A stretch of DNA of 64,000 nucleotides from Balanoglossus misakiensis (lineage: Eukaryota > Animalia > Hemichordata), in the NCBI GenBank assembly GCA_040954595.2, contig CM082598.2, forward strand, positions 6,153,097 to 6,217,096. The letters run 5' to 3'. The position numbers and the translations under genes are program-made. Every line of letters starts with the position of its first letter. The first letter of the stretch is position 1. A model generated the notes under the pieces. That model had not been told where the DNA came from. It did no database searches and saw nothing but the letters and a program-made list of their open reading frames with translations. Of this stretch, positions 1 to 13,000 are shown piece by piece.

Positions 1-774
1 AAAAACTGCAACTTTGTCAGCATAATTTCCAATTACAAAAATGATGGGCAGAAGGTAGTCTACCTGCACGCCAAATTTGAAGTCGATCTGAGTTGTAGTT
101 TCTGAGATCTGAGATTTGCATATTTTCAGAAAATCCAAGATGGCTGCCAGGTCATGTGACTAATTAGAAATTCAAGGGTTCAATGCACGACTACTCATTG
201 ACCTTGACCACTGTTGCAAGTTTCAGAAGTGTACCTGCAGTGGTGTCTGAGATCTAGAGCGACAAAGAATTGACACAAGAATAAAGAAAGAAAGAAAGAA
301 GAAAGATTAAAGCTGCAAGCAGCATTGTCGGGCCCAAGCGCTGATCTTTAATTATATATGCACAGTATGAATGAGAAAAAACAGAATTTTCTATCGTATG
401 TATTATCTGATGACATAACAAGGATGTGTGTAGTTTTGCTGCTGAAATAGGGTGAAGTAGGTCAAAGGTCACCAGAGGTCACGCAACATTTGGGCAAAAA
501 ATGTTGATCCCATACTGGTCCATGTCCAACAAAAAACAAAACTCTAGCTCTATTGGTTCGCCTGTAATTAGGTATGTGCATATTTAATGAGGTCAGCAGG
601 TGTCACAGGTGACCCAAAAATGTGGCTTTAAATTATGGTCCCATCCTACCAAATGCCATGGCTGTATCTGCTCTGGATGCTGAGATATGCGAAAGTAGGT
701 CAAAGGTCACCAGAGGTCACCCAACATTTGGGCAAAAAATTTTGATCCCATACTGGTCCATGTCCAACAAAAAC
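1..774 (-). mobile_element. Left part of the HINE-like (Helentron-associated non-autonomous) element stack, interrupted by the P element
   Basis: Same unit as 10089-18665. Tail junction (GAAA)n|TTAAAGCTGCAAGCAGCATTGTCGGGCCC starts at 307. Confidence 0.8.
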
Positions 775-1041
775 CATAGACAGTGGAGAAAAGACGGACG
801 TGCTACTAGTGCATTTCTTTTGTAGTAACGTCTGTTGTAATCCCTTTTAATCCACCAAACAATAGACAAACTCATCATCACCTCTTTATCGCCGTCTGGC
901 GATAAAACCTCGCATAATATCGCAAAACGCGAGAGTTACCACGAGAAAAAGCGTAATATTTCGTGCTACGCGAGACGTTATTTGGCGAGATTCGGGTCAC
1001 AGGTCATAAGTTGTTTACAAGCGGCTCGCAGCACATACACA

Positions 1042-3375
1042 ATGGCTTCCGTCCAAACCGATAGCGAATTTGTTGCCGTTTTTACTGATTCCGAATACAG
1101 CGATTTCGATTATTCAGGGAGCGAGACTAGCGACGACGATGATACATCGCCACTTACCGACGACGAGTTACAAGAAGGCATGCAGCAAGCTCCTAAACGT
1201 CGAGACTTGAGCTATCTTGATCGATACATCGTTTGCGTCGGTGGTGATACAAAAACTATCAAATGTGACGTTTGTGACAAAACTTTCAACAGAAAGCAGA
1301 GTTGCAAGCAGCATTTGATAAATGGCCATGGGCTAGTCGGTAAGTTTTACTGCTATTTTGTTGATCGAAATGTGGAGCAAGGCGTTGGTCACAAGCTGAA
1401 ACTACACCGCCTGGTACCTGTACATTTTTACTGTCTATGATTTTTAAAGACATCCCATAATCATAATGATCGTCGCCAAGCATGGATATGAATGAAGAAT
1501 GTTTTTCAAGGCCAAAAATGTCATGCGAAAAAAATGAGCAACATATGGGCTGCACAGATAAACAGATTGTTATGAATATGGGCAAAGCAGACTAATGGGT
1601 CCCCTTCAAGTTAATGGTAGCAATTTCCCTTGGTAGTTTACATTGTCTAAGCTGATCAGGATCAGACATACAACTGTGCCACAAGTTTTCTAACAACTAA
1701 CTAAAATGAAAAACTGGAAATACAAGTAAAGAAAGATATGCTATATTATGTTAAAATGAAATAAAAGTGTTATGAGTAAAACACTTCAGACATATTTCAA
1801 AATACCATAGACACTAGGCAGCCATTGATTATTACTGTTGATGCCAGAAACATTTCTCTGTATTTTCCCTCCATTATCAACATTTTATTATTATTCTATC
1901 CCTGTCGTGCTCACAACTCATTATTGATCATTTTTCCTTTCCAGGACCAGACATGGTGAAAAGAACAGACTGTGATCCAAAGAAAAACGTTTTGAAAGGA
2001 GCTGGGGTTTCCAAGAAGATTAACAACAAAGGTAAGCTAAGAACACATATTTAGTAACTGTGATTATTTATCTTTCAAAATATGATTTCATTTCTAATGT
2101 GAGACAAAGACAGTAGAGAAACAGTACTCCCATACTTAAAAGGGACACTCACAGTTTCATAGCTGTCTATGCTGCCACTTTGGGGGAAATTTCACTGTTT
2201 TGCTTTCCATCATAAATATTGGCAAAACAGTGGTGGCAATTTACAGTTACTGTGGCGTTATTCTGAATATGTAAGATAAAACTTTCTTTTCATTTTTGTT
2301 GTCGGGCACCAGTGTCACTGACCAATCAACTATAACAATATTTTTCCCCACAGAGAACAGACCCACCAGGAAACTACAAATGACAATGGATGATGCAACG
2401 CAGGAAGCCCAACGGATCCTTCTAGCCTCAATCAAACCACTCACCGTTGACAGCATTTTCAACAGTCCTAGATTACCTGGTGTTTCCAAAGTTAAAGTTG
2501 TTGCAAAGAAACTGTGTGATACATTGTCAAGTGATCCAGTAAGTGTAAAAAGTGAACTGGATGCAGTGATACAAGTGCTGTGGCCTGCTGTTACTGGAGG
2601 AGACAGACAGTTCCTTCCTTCGCGGCGCCGAGAAGAGATGTTTCGCATATTCCACTCTTTGCGCCTGGATCCAGAATTACGGAAATGTCTACACAAGCTT
2701 TGTTCAAAAGTTGGGTTGACAGTATCAGGACCTGTTCTCATGATTTTAGCCAGGCACATTTTTGAAGGTTTAGTTTTAGAAAGGGAAAAGGTCACCACAA
2801 TTGATGAGAGCTTCAGCGGGGATATGAGTCGTGTTGAAGAAAACATTCTGAGGTATGCCTGTGGTTACATCCCTATGGCTCTCATATCTCAACTTCAGAA
2901 ACGTGGATCAGGGTTTAGAAGCATGGTAAAGTGTTTGGAGGGTATGAGTACAATTCAGCCTGTATCAACATTTTTGTCTTACACAACAGAATGGGTCAAC
3001 AAAGAGAACCGGGGCGGTCTGTACACTGTGAATGACACAACTTATATGTTTTTTAGGAGGGTAGAGTATTTTGTAAGGAAACACAACAAGGCCCTTTTTA
3101 CCAGTGGTGATTTAAACATTCACGATTTAGTAAGCAAGGATGTTACAGGTGATGCAGCTGCAGTGCAGCACTGGTCACAATTATCTGTAGGCCTTGATGA
3201 GGGTCAGTCATTGAAGCTGATGTTAATGTGTAGTAAAATGTGGATCAATATCAGAGGCCATTCTGCAGCTAGGAAATTAGTTGAGGGCCTTAAATATACT
3301 GAGGGAATGAAGAATCGTAGTCAGAAAGCACTTCGAAAAGAACTTAAACAGCTTAATACAGATGACAACAAGTAA
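1042..3375 (+). CDS. Transposon accessory protein (~468 aa): acidic N-terminus, one C2H2 zinc finger, C-terminal domain resembling the P-transposase C-terminus
   Basis: Exons 1042-1339, 1945-2031 and 2354-3375 with phase-1 GT-AG introns join in frame (1407 nt). Finger CDVCDKTFNRKQSCKQHLINGH. Motifs ENILRYACGYI and WVNKENRGGL. AATAAA signals near 3492-3504. Confidence 0.82.
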
Positions 3376-3804
3376 AGTTTGTCAAATCCGACCATTATTT
3401 ATTGCACCATATATTGTAAACTGTCAGGTTGAAAATTTTCTTTGAACATGTACACGTTTAAGATTGAAAAATGTACTAGCATGTGTTGAGTAATAAAGAA
3501 TAAATTGCAGTACAGTGTATTTCGTAAGAGTGTGCTTTTAACAGTGAATGTGATCCTCTAACAGTACACAGAGCATAATCCTCCAATGATGAATGATTCA
3601 GATTTTTTTACTCCACCAACAGAAACTGTTCTGAGAGGTATGCATACACACCTAAAATATTTTACAGAAAAAATAAAACAGTGTTGTTCTCCAACTAAAC
3701 TTTGAAAGCAATGACTCATTGAATGGATGATGGCATCACCGGCGGCAACAACAACATCAGTTTTCAGCAACAATGGATTCGAGTGAAAAAAAAAAACAAC
3801 AAAA

Positions 3805-4061
3805 ACTGTTCGCTCCTATTTCTGTTCTGTGTATCTTAAATGTTTGGTACCCAGGACAGAAACTTACAGCTAATGTCAGAGGGTAAAAAAGGACTGTTTG
3901 TTCACTAATGAATTCCAGTGAAAGTAAAGAAAATTCATTGCCCACTGAAATTCCCCCCCCCCCCAAAAAAAACATCAACAACGACTGTTCGCTCACTATT
4001 TCTGTTCTGTGTATCTTAAATGTTTGGTACCCAGAACAGAAACTTACAGCTAATGTCAGAG
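3805..4061. repeat. ~77-bp direct repeat pair between the two convergent 3' ends
   Basis: ACTGTTCGCTC...GCTAATGTCAGAG at 3805-3881 and 3984-4061. Confidence 0.85.
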
Positions 4062-4153
4062 TGTGACATAAATCTCACTGTCATCTGCTATTACTCATTC
4101 ATCTCAACATAACAATTTCTGTGACATATCCACTGAGATAAATTCAAACAGTC

Positions 4154-7100
4154 CTACGGATGTGAATGTCTGGTATGGGAACGTCTTGGCAGTGCTGTGT
4201 TATCCAGCGGCGCATCAGCCATTGTTGTAACATTGGCTCCTCTCACAGACAAAACGTGTGAAGACTTCAGCCGAAGAGCATTGGCATTTTGGCAGAACTG
4301 TTGCACTGAGGGTGCCTCATTCCCACCCTTCATTTGGCGTTGATTCCCGAAATAGGACTCCAAAGGATCCTGGTTGAGTTTCTCTGAGAGAACACACTCC
4401 ACACCCGGTTGGTTGAGTAGGTACCTTGCCAAGTCAACAAATGACTTCACTGTAGAATGGAATAAAAAGAATGCAGTATAGGATGGTTAGTAAGGGAAGG
4501 ATTTCAGTGGTCGTAATAAATAGTGTACAACAACATCACAATACCATGTACAGGATTTGTTAAATTGGCAGGTTACACTAGCACTCAGTAACTCTTCATT
4601 AATTTTTGCTTGCATTTTAGTACGGTTTGATAATTAAAAAATATTTTGCACTCACAGCATTTTTTACCAGCCAAGCAGCCTGTAAAGCCACCGTTTCAAA
4701 TTGGTCTTTTTGGACAGAGAGATTATAGCCAACCAAAGTGAAAACTTACTAGAGACAAATTCTCATTATAGGGGTTGCCACTAACACACACTTGGTTGTA
4801 TTAACAGTGCCTCCTCAGTTACAATGAGAATTAACATTCCACAGGGAGTGATTAAAAAATTAGAGAATGAAGTAAATTATAAAGACAAAATATTGATATA
4901 TTTTATTACAGACAGTGGCACAAGATTTCCACTGTCTATGATTTTATGTTATTTACCTGACATGCGGATACCTTCCAAGGTTTGTTGACTTAGCTTCATG
5001 CGGCCTTTGTCCCGTTTTGACAGATGAACTCTGGCATCAACTCTAGCATCCCAGTCGCTAAGATATGTCAGGAACTCACCCTCAAGCCACTAGATGGGTT
5101 GAAATGTGAAGAAATCACAATATTTTATTTCATTAACATGTACATTGCAGCTCATAACTTGATCCTATTATACCTATCAATTTCTGAATATGTCTTATCA
5201 AAGTTCAAAGTTATATGCATACATATATAAGGCAGCGGAAAGCTCTCCCTTCACAATTCATTTTTACTACCGAATGAACAGAACTAAAATTCTTTGTGAA
5301 ATATGCTACACTGTTCACAGCATCTCTTGTCCTTAATTGGCAGAGAGGCTTGTGTCTTAAATGAAAAATGTACTGATATAATGAATAATGCCGGAATGCA
5401 TGTATGTTATAGACAACAGGAAATATGAGATGGTATTTTTTTACATCATGACAATAGGTTATTGAACATAAATTAAAGACATATACAGATACATATACTT
5501 ACAGTCAGTCTTTCATCGTCTGGTGATCTGTAGGGCAACAGATTCGGTTTCCTCTTTTGTATGCCTTCTTTGGTACTTCGAACATTCATACAATCAAAGA
5601 ACTTGTCAAAATGTCGTATAAATTCAATGGTGGCTCTGTGACCATTGCCATAGAATGTCTCTATGGCATTTGCCACTTGTGTACTAAGCACCTGTGAGCA
5701 AGTAGATATAAAAATATATCACTTTTCTGTTTCACAATTGCCATCTTGTATTAATTTTATAATAGCAGGATGATCAGACAATTCACTTGCATCACACAAC
5801 ATATCTTATTATCATGATATATGACCTAACATTATCTCTTCTATGTGGTGTCAAACACAGATCTCAAGACCTTGCTAATAAACTGTATTGTGGGAAAATA
5901 TTTAACAAATGGAAATAAATTACTTACTTGAACAGCATACTTCACTTTCATCCTGGAGAAAGATGTTAGATGCACATGTTCATATCTCAGCTTGTTGCAG
6001 AGAAACAATCCTCCTCTTTCCAGATCTGCTTTGTACATATCAATGACAGTTTGCCAGTTGATCGGTTCACCATTCTAAGTGAGAAAAAAAAGGAAAATGC
6101 AATCATTAATTAACATAAAAAATGACCCATTGTTTTTATTAAAACTTTATAAGATCTTGATATATTTTTGCATAAATTATTTACATATAAGCATAATGGC
6201 AATAATAAGATAATAAGAAAAAAGCTAAATATTTGTTTCTATACACACTGTAAAAAGTACAGAATTATAATAGGCTTTTACCCATAACATTCTTTTCTTT
6301 GAATGGCATCCCGAATTTGACCAACAATTCCTAGTGGTTTTCATTAGGTGTGGTACGTCTGAAAAGAAATATATCCGCCGGTCCTCTTCTGTACAGTAGT
6401 TTTCGGTCCAGTAGACAACGTCTGCAGCAGCCCTTGGTCCCATTGCATGCAGCTTATAAAATCGCCTGTTAGCTGACGCACCATCAGAAGTAGAAGCCAT
6501 TACTCTGAACCCTATTAGTTCTAGAAATTCAATTGCTCTCCATATCAAGGGGAAAAGATAGTCTGCCGTTATGGTGTTTGTGGGAAAATGGGCTAGTGGA
6601 TACTGGAGCCTGAGTGTTATGCCTCTAACCATGAAAGTAAGGATGTAGCGGGCAACTTCAGGAGTTGGTTTCTGACCATCAGTCTTCAGGGTCTTCTCAT
6701 ACAACATGAGCGAATTGCTGAAGTCCCCAATGTTGACGAAGCCAATGAGTTGGCCACTACTCTTGACATAAACCAGATCGGAGGAGATGCGCAACTCATC
6801 ATGAAGAAGGACAACATACTTCTGGTGTTCTTCCAGCTGGCTGAAATTACTTTCTCGCAGTAGCTGATCAAAGGCTGCTTCTGTGAAACCAGTGGTTGCC
6901 TTAGTCCAGTGCGTGTAATCAATAAGTGTTCTTTCATGGGGTAATTCAAGAACACCAGAGTCCCGTAATGTGTTGTATGCTGCACTCGATCGTAAACGCA
7001 GATTCAAACACCATTTTATAAACATTGGGTGCCAGCGATGGCCTCGTTTATCAGCACATCGAAGGGCTTCTTTTTGCTGTTCCCAAAACAACCTGCGAAA

Positions 7101-8411
7101 TGTCCCTTCTGTATTTTCTTCCTGTATGACGCTATCATATTCACTTATGATCTGCTTCATACTTGATGAGGTCTCACTATCCAAACACTCCCCTTCTTGA
7201 TTGATGCTCTCCTGCAGCTTTACTCTCAGCCTGGCTTCACTGGCTTCTACTCGGCGTTTTGCTTTTATTATATTGTGTGTTCTCTGGTAAAGTTCATCAG
7301 CTGTTAAAGCTGATAGCGGGACAGAGCTACTGGCATGTACTCTATGGGCTGCTGGATCGTCTTCATGGCTACCTGCATTTCTCCTCTTCTGTCTGCTAAG
7401 CACAGCAAACATTGTTTTCCTTAGCTGCTCGCACGGGCTGCATCGAACTTTGCTGGTGGTCAATTCACAGTTGGCCGCTCGCAGGGTTGTGTTATACCAT
7501 TTGCCTCCTTCGCCTTCAAGCAGTACCTGCTGACGAACCATTTGCCCAGTAAGTCCTCTACCATTCTGGATCTCTGGAACTGACCAGAACTTTTCATCAG
7601 GATTTCCCGAACAGATGCGCCTTTCATGAATTTCTTGGACTACTGACAGGACAACAGAAGGACTTTGGAGCAGAGTAGGATATTGGGGAAAAACTGTCTT
7701 GACATCCATGACTTGGCCGAAGACTCGTACTTGCCATGAGCCATCTTGCTGGACTGTAAGTGACTTCATGATCACCGACTCCTGACCAACTTGGGACTGG
7801 ACAAACAGGAAGTTCAGTTGAGAGTTGTCTGACTGGTCTACCCATCCTTTTGGTAGGCAACAGGTCTTCAGGACAGCTCGGATCGCTTCAAAATTCATTG
7901 GCATGTAAGAGCCAACATTTAGTCCCGGAAAACTGGATGATCTAGCAGGATGGACTTGCGATTGCTTGTCAACATGTTCTTGGTGTCTATATCTTCCGAA
8001 CGCCGACAGTGGAGGGGGGTTTGCTTGCAGGACAACCATGGGTGGCACATCGTTGCTTTCTTGAAAATCTGGCTTGTGAATGTCCTGGCTTTGGGATATG
8101 TCTGACATACCATGTTCAGCAGTTGTTACGGTTGTAGTGTTTTCTTGCTGTGACAAACCATTCAGTGCTTCCACAGTGTTAAGCCATAGTAGCTGTTCAT
8201 CGACACTGGGGATCACATTGGAGCAGGACAGTTCATCTACACAGTCATTAAGGTTTTCAACACGTGCAGGTTCACACTCATGACAATCTGGTGAATCAAC
8301 CAAAGCCTGATTCTCATTATCCAGCAGCTTCTTCTTTTTCTCTTTCGATCGTCTAGTTTTATTCTTTTTATAATTCTTCCTGTGCTGACTGATACCATAC
8401 TTGTAGGGCAT
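4154..8411 (-). CDS. P-element/THAP9-family transposase, 5 coding exons, ~964 aa
   Basis: Exons 8411-6282, 6074-5928, 5691-5503, 5089-4957 and 4449-4154, all with GT-AG introns, join in frame (2895 nt). Motifs: LLHDELRI (D1), TSDGASANR (D2), FSDVPHLMKTTRN (DxxH), RMKVKYAVQVLS (GTP-binding insertion region), LNQDPLESYFG (catalytic E). A splice acceptor at 8421-8422 and a donor near 9835 suggest a non-coding first exon. Confidence 0.92.
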
Positions 8412-10088
8412 GACAGTATTCTGTTAGAATAGAAAAGAAAGAATAAGCTCACTGAAATATCGGAAGATAATATTGTATATGCATGCACCTTACCTAAATA
8501 AATAGTTTTCAAAACTTAAGGCCTTATGGATACTAGGAAAAATGTTTTTGATCTGGTAGCAGAATTGCAGGCCAACAATGATATTGCGCCTTGGTAAAAA
8601 AAAGCTCGGAATATTGATTGATTTTAATTAACAGAAATTTTGATAATGCATGAAGTTGTGATCAAATAACTCAATAACCACAGGCTTTGTTGTTGCAGTC
8701 CCACATAAATCATTATAATAGCCTATGAAATAACAAAACAAGCTCCACTGTACATTAAAAACTAATCTGTCTTTTCACAGCTTTAAATTGTTAGAATCAT
8801 CAAACATCTCAAGTCCATGAACAGACACAGTTGAGCCACTGTCTATCTTAGAACTCAAGGCTAAGTTCATGGATGACCCAAATCAAATGTGACCTGGCAC
8901 CCAAAGGTCATCACTCAAAAAAAATGTACAAATTGTCTTTCTGGCATTGATATACAAAAAAATCACCATGCAAAATATTGACTTCAAACAGATTAATTGT
9001 CCGTTCGTGACATGTTTTTTTCGATGACTATACACAATCCCCGATCGGTGATAAGTACGCAAAAATGACCGGATACACAACAGCTGGAGTTGCTGTACCA
9101 AGTTTCTTTCTAAACAAAGAGCAGTGTATTCAATAGGGAATTACGGGAAGAAAGATGGCGCCCGCTGACGCGACAACACCATATTTCCCGTCCGATAAAA
9201 CCATTTCTGGGCAAGCTAGGCACACGAAACATTCATGTTGCAAATCCCAACATCCTAAAGGACGACTACATATATACAACTTTCTGTTTTTTGTTACGAA
9301 TTTATCTCAAAAGGGGGAAACGTAACACTAATGACGCACTCACCCTACCCGACAAACGTACGAGGCCTCACGAGGTAATTCTACATAAAAACGCACGAAT
9401 TTAAAAACACAAGTCGTATTTTTTATATTATTACAATATGTACACCATAACGACAAACAAAGATAGCCACAAACCCGAAATTATGAAGAAATCTGACTAC
9501 GTAATCGCACTTTTCTGCACCTCAGCAAAGACAAACTGGTCGGAAATAGGCGTCCCAAACAAATATTTCCCCCCATAAAAACGACGTTTCTGTCACATTT
9601 AGCCACAAACAAAATCCCCATTGCAAATGCTGACATTCTAAAGATTGATCACAAAAAAACGATTTTCTGTTTCATGTCATAAATTTGTCGTAAAAGGGGT
9701 AAACTCACACCATAGCCACTGTCTATGCTCACATATCGCTACATATGTGGACACGAGTAGTCAAACATGACGACCAGCGATTGTATTTTACATCGAAGGT
9801 AACTATCTACACAAAAAAAACTAAACACACTTACCTACTAGATGTATAACTGGTCGAACAACAGGCACGGGGTAAAGGAACCAGGGGAAAAACGAAAAAC
9901 AATGGCAAAAAGGGAACACGCGTAGTAGATGCGGTACGGTCAAATCCAAGATGGCGACTGACTGTTTACACGGTGTTGCAACATGGGTATTACCGGGCCG
10001 TTACCCAACAGACGTTGCTCCCGGATTATCGCCGTTTTCCTTTGTTGTCTGCGGCAGTAGCACGTCCGTCTTTTCTCCACTGTCTATG

Positions 10089-13000
10089 CAAAAACCAAAC
10101 CTCTAGCTCTATTGGTTCGCCTGTAATTAGCTATGCACATAATTAATGAGGTCAGCAGAGGTCAAAGGGGTCATGAAAAGTAGCAAAATATTTTGATCAC
10201 ACACTAATCCACATGCATCAAAAACCAAACGTCTAGCCCTATAGGTTAGCCTGGAATTAGATATGCAGAAATAATAATGTGTGAAAAGTAGGTCAAAGGT
10301 CATGTGAAAAATCGCCAAAAATTTGTAACATATTGTAGTCATATGACGAATGATATCCATTAAAAGAATTTGTATGCTATCAATTTTTATACTAGAAAAA
10401 GGAATTTTAATTTTTCACTGCTTTTTACAAAATCCAATATGGCCGCCATAATCTTCGACCAATCACAATGCTCTTTGCAAACTTGATAGACATCAGTGTA
10501 GTGACCATACTCCCCGAATCTTGCGACTCAGTCATCGCCCGTTCTGGAGAAGAAGATTTTTGGAGTTTAACTATGGTTTTTCGAAAATCCAATATGGCCG
10601 CCATAATCTTCGACCAATCACAATGATCTTCGCAAACTTGATAGACATCAGTTAGGTGACCACATACCCCAAACCTTGTGTCTCGCTTATCACCGGTTCT
10701 GGAGAAGAAGATTTTTGAAATTTAAGCTAGATTTCAGAAAAAAAATTGTAGCATAAAAACTGCAACATTGACAGCAAAATTTCCAATTACAAAAATGATG
10801 GGTAGAAGGTAGTCTACCGGCATGCCAAATTTGAAGTCGATCTGACTTGTAGTTTCTGAGATCTGAGATTTGATTTTTTTCAGAAAATCCAATATGGCCG
10901 CCAGGTCACGTGACTAATTAAGTATTCACAAGTCACTGCACATCTACTCATTGACCTTGACCACTGTAGCAAGTTTGAGAAGTGTACCTGCAGCGGTGTC
11001 TGAGATCTAGAGCGACAAAGAAATGACACAAGAATAAAGAAAGAATTAAAGCTGCAAGCAGCATTGTCCGGGCCCAAGCTCTATTATCTGATCTGATTAT
11101 TAGATATCCACATAATTAATGAATAAAAACATAATGCTGTGTTTTATCCCAAGAAATATCAAGGTTATATCTATGTTTGGTGCTGATATAGTGTTAAGTA
11201 GGTCAAAGGTCACCCAGGGGTCACCCACAATTTGGGGAGAATATTTTGACCCATAGTGGTCCATGTCCAACAAAAACCAGACCTCTAGCCCTTTTGGTTA
11301 GCCCGGAATTAGGTATGCACATAAATAATGAGTTAAGCAGGTGTCACAGGTGACCCAAAACTTTGGCTTTTCATTATGGCCCCATATCTCCAAATGCCAA
11401 GGCTGTACCTGCTTTGGATGCCGAGATAAGCAAAAGTAGGTCAAAGGTCATCTGAGGTCACCCAAAATTTGGGCAGAAAATGTTTACCCATAGTGGTCCA
11501 TGTCCAATAAAAACTAGACCTCTAGCTCTATTGGTTCGCCTGTAATTAGTTATGCACATAATTAATGAGATCAGCTGAGGTCACAGGTGACCCAAAACTT
11601 TGGCTTTTCATTATGGCCCCATATCTCCAAATGCCAAGGCTGTACCTGCTTTGGATGCCGAGATATGCAAAAGTAGGTCAAAGGTCACCGGAGGTCACCC
11701 AACATTTGGGCAAAACATTTTGACCCCATACTGATCCATGTCCAAGAAAACCCAAACCTTAAGGTCTATTGGTTAATCTGTAATTAGGTATGCGCATATT
11801 TAATGAGGTCACCAGAGGTCAAAGGGGTCATGAAAAGTAGCAAAATTTTTTGGTCACATACAAATCCACATACATCAAAAACCAAACTTATAGCCCTATT
11901 GGTTAGCCTGGAATTAGATATTCAGAAAAATGATTCGTCAAAAGTAGGTCAAAGGTCATTGCCAAAATTACCAAAATATTTATAGCTTATTCTTGTCATA
12001 TGATGATTCATATCCATAAAAAGAATTTCTGTGCTATCAATTTTTAGGCTAGGAAAGGAATGTTTACTTTTTAATCGTTTTTCACAAAATCCAATATGGC
12101 CGCCATAATCTTCGACCAATCACATTCACCTTCGCAAACTTGATAGACATCTGTTTAATGACCACACACACCAAATCTTGTGACTCGGTTATCGCCGGTT
12201 TTTGAGAAGAAGATTTTTGAAATTTTACTAGGGTTTTTCGAAAATCCAATATGGCCGCCATAATCTTCGACCAATCACAATGATCTTCGCAAACTTGATA
12301 GACCTCAGATTGGTGACCACATACCCCAAACCGCGTGACTCGGTTATCGCCGGTTCTGGAGAAGAAGATTTTTGAAATTTTGACCAGATTTCAGAAAAAA
12401 AATTGTAGCAAAAAAACTGCAACTTTGTCAGCATAATTTCCAATTACAAAAATGATTGACAGACGGTAGTCTACCTGCACGCCAAATTTGAAGTCGATCT
12501 GACTTGTAGTTTCTGAGATCTGAGATTTGCATTTTTTCAGTAAATCCAATATGGCCGCCAGGTCACGTGACTAATTAAAAATTCATGGGTTCAATGCACG
12601 TCTACTCATTGACCTTGATCACTGTAGCAAGTTTGAAAACTGTACCTGCAGTGGTGTCTGAGATCTAGAGCGACAAAGAATTGACATAAGAATAAAGAAA
12701 GAAAGAAGAAAGAAAGAAGGAAAGACAGATTAAAGCTGCAAGCAGCATTGTCCGGGCCCAAGCTCTATTATCTGATCTGATATTAGATATGCACATAATT
12801 AATGAGTAGAAACATAATTTTGTGTTTTATCCCATGAAATATCAAGGTTATATCTATGTTTGGTGTTGATATAGTGTTAAGTAGGTCAAAGGTCACCCAG
12901 AGGTCACCCACAATTTGGGCAGAAAATTTTGACCCATAGTGGTCCATGTCCAACAAAAACCAGACCTCTAGCCCTTTTGGTTAGCCCGGAATTAGGTATG

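Larger units (their letters stand above)
775..10088 (-). mobile_element. Full-length P-superfamily DNA transposon (9314 bp) carrying two genes
   Basis: Perfect 33-bp TIRs CATAGACAGTGGAGAAAAGACGGACGTGCTACT at 775-807 and 10056-10088. 7-bp TSD CAAAAAC at 768-774 and 10089-10095. Removing the element restores the host repeat sequence TGTCCAACAAAAACCAAACCTCTAGC. Encodes a P-type transposase. Confidence 0.95.

Noticed and set aside
2247-2846. 199-aa minus-strand ORF
   Set aside because: Antisense shadow of the accessory gene's third exon.
8420-9960. Possible upstream THAP-domain exon for the transposase
   Set aside because: I found no C2CH THAP-like reading frame, and the candidate exon ending near 9835 has stops next to the donor, so it is treated as 5' UTR. 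A small exon could have been missed by eye.
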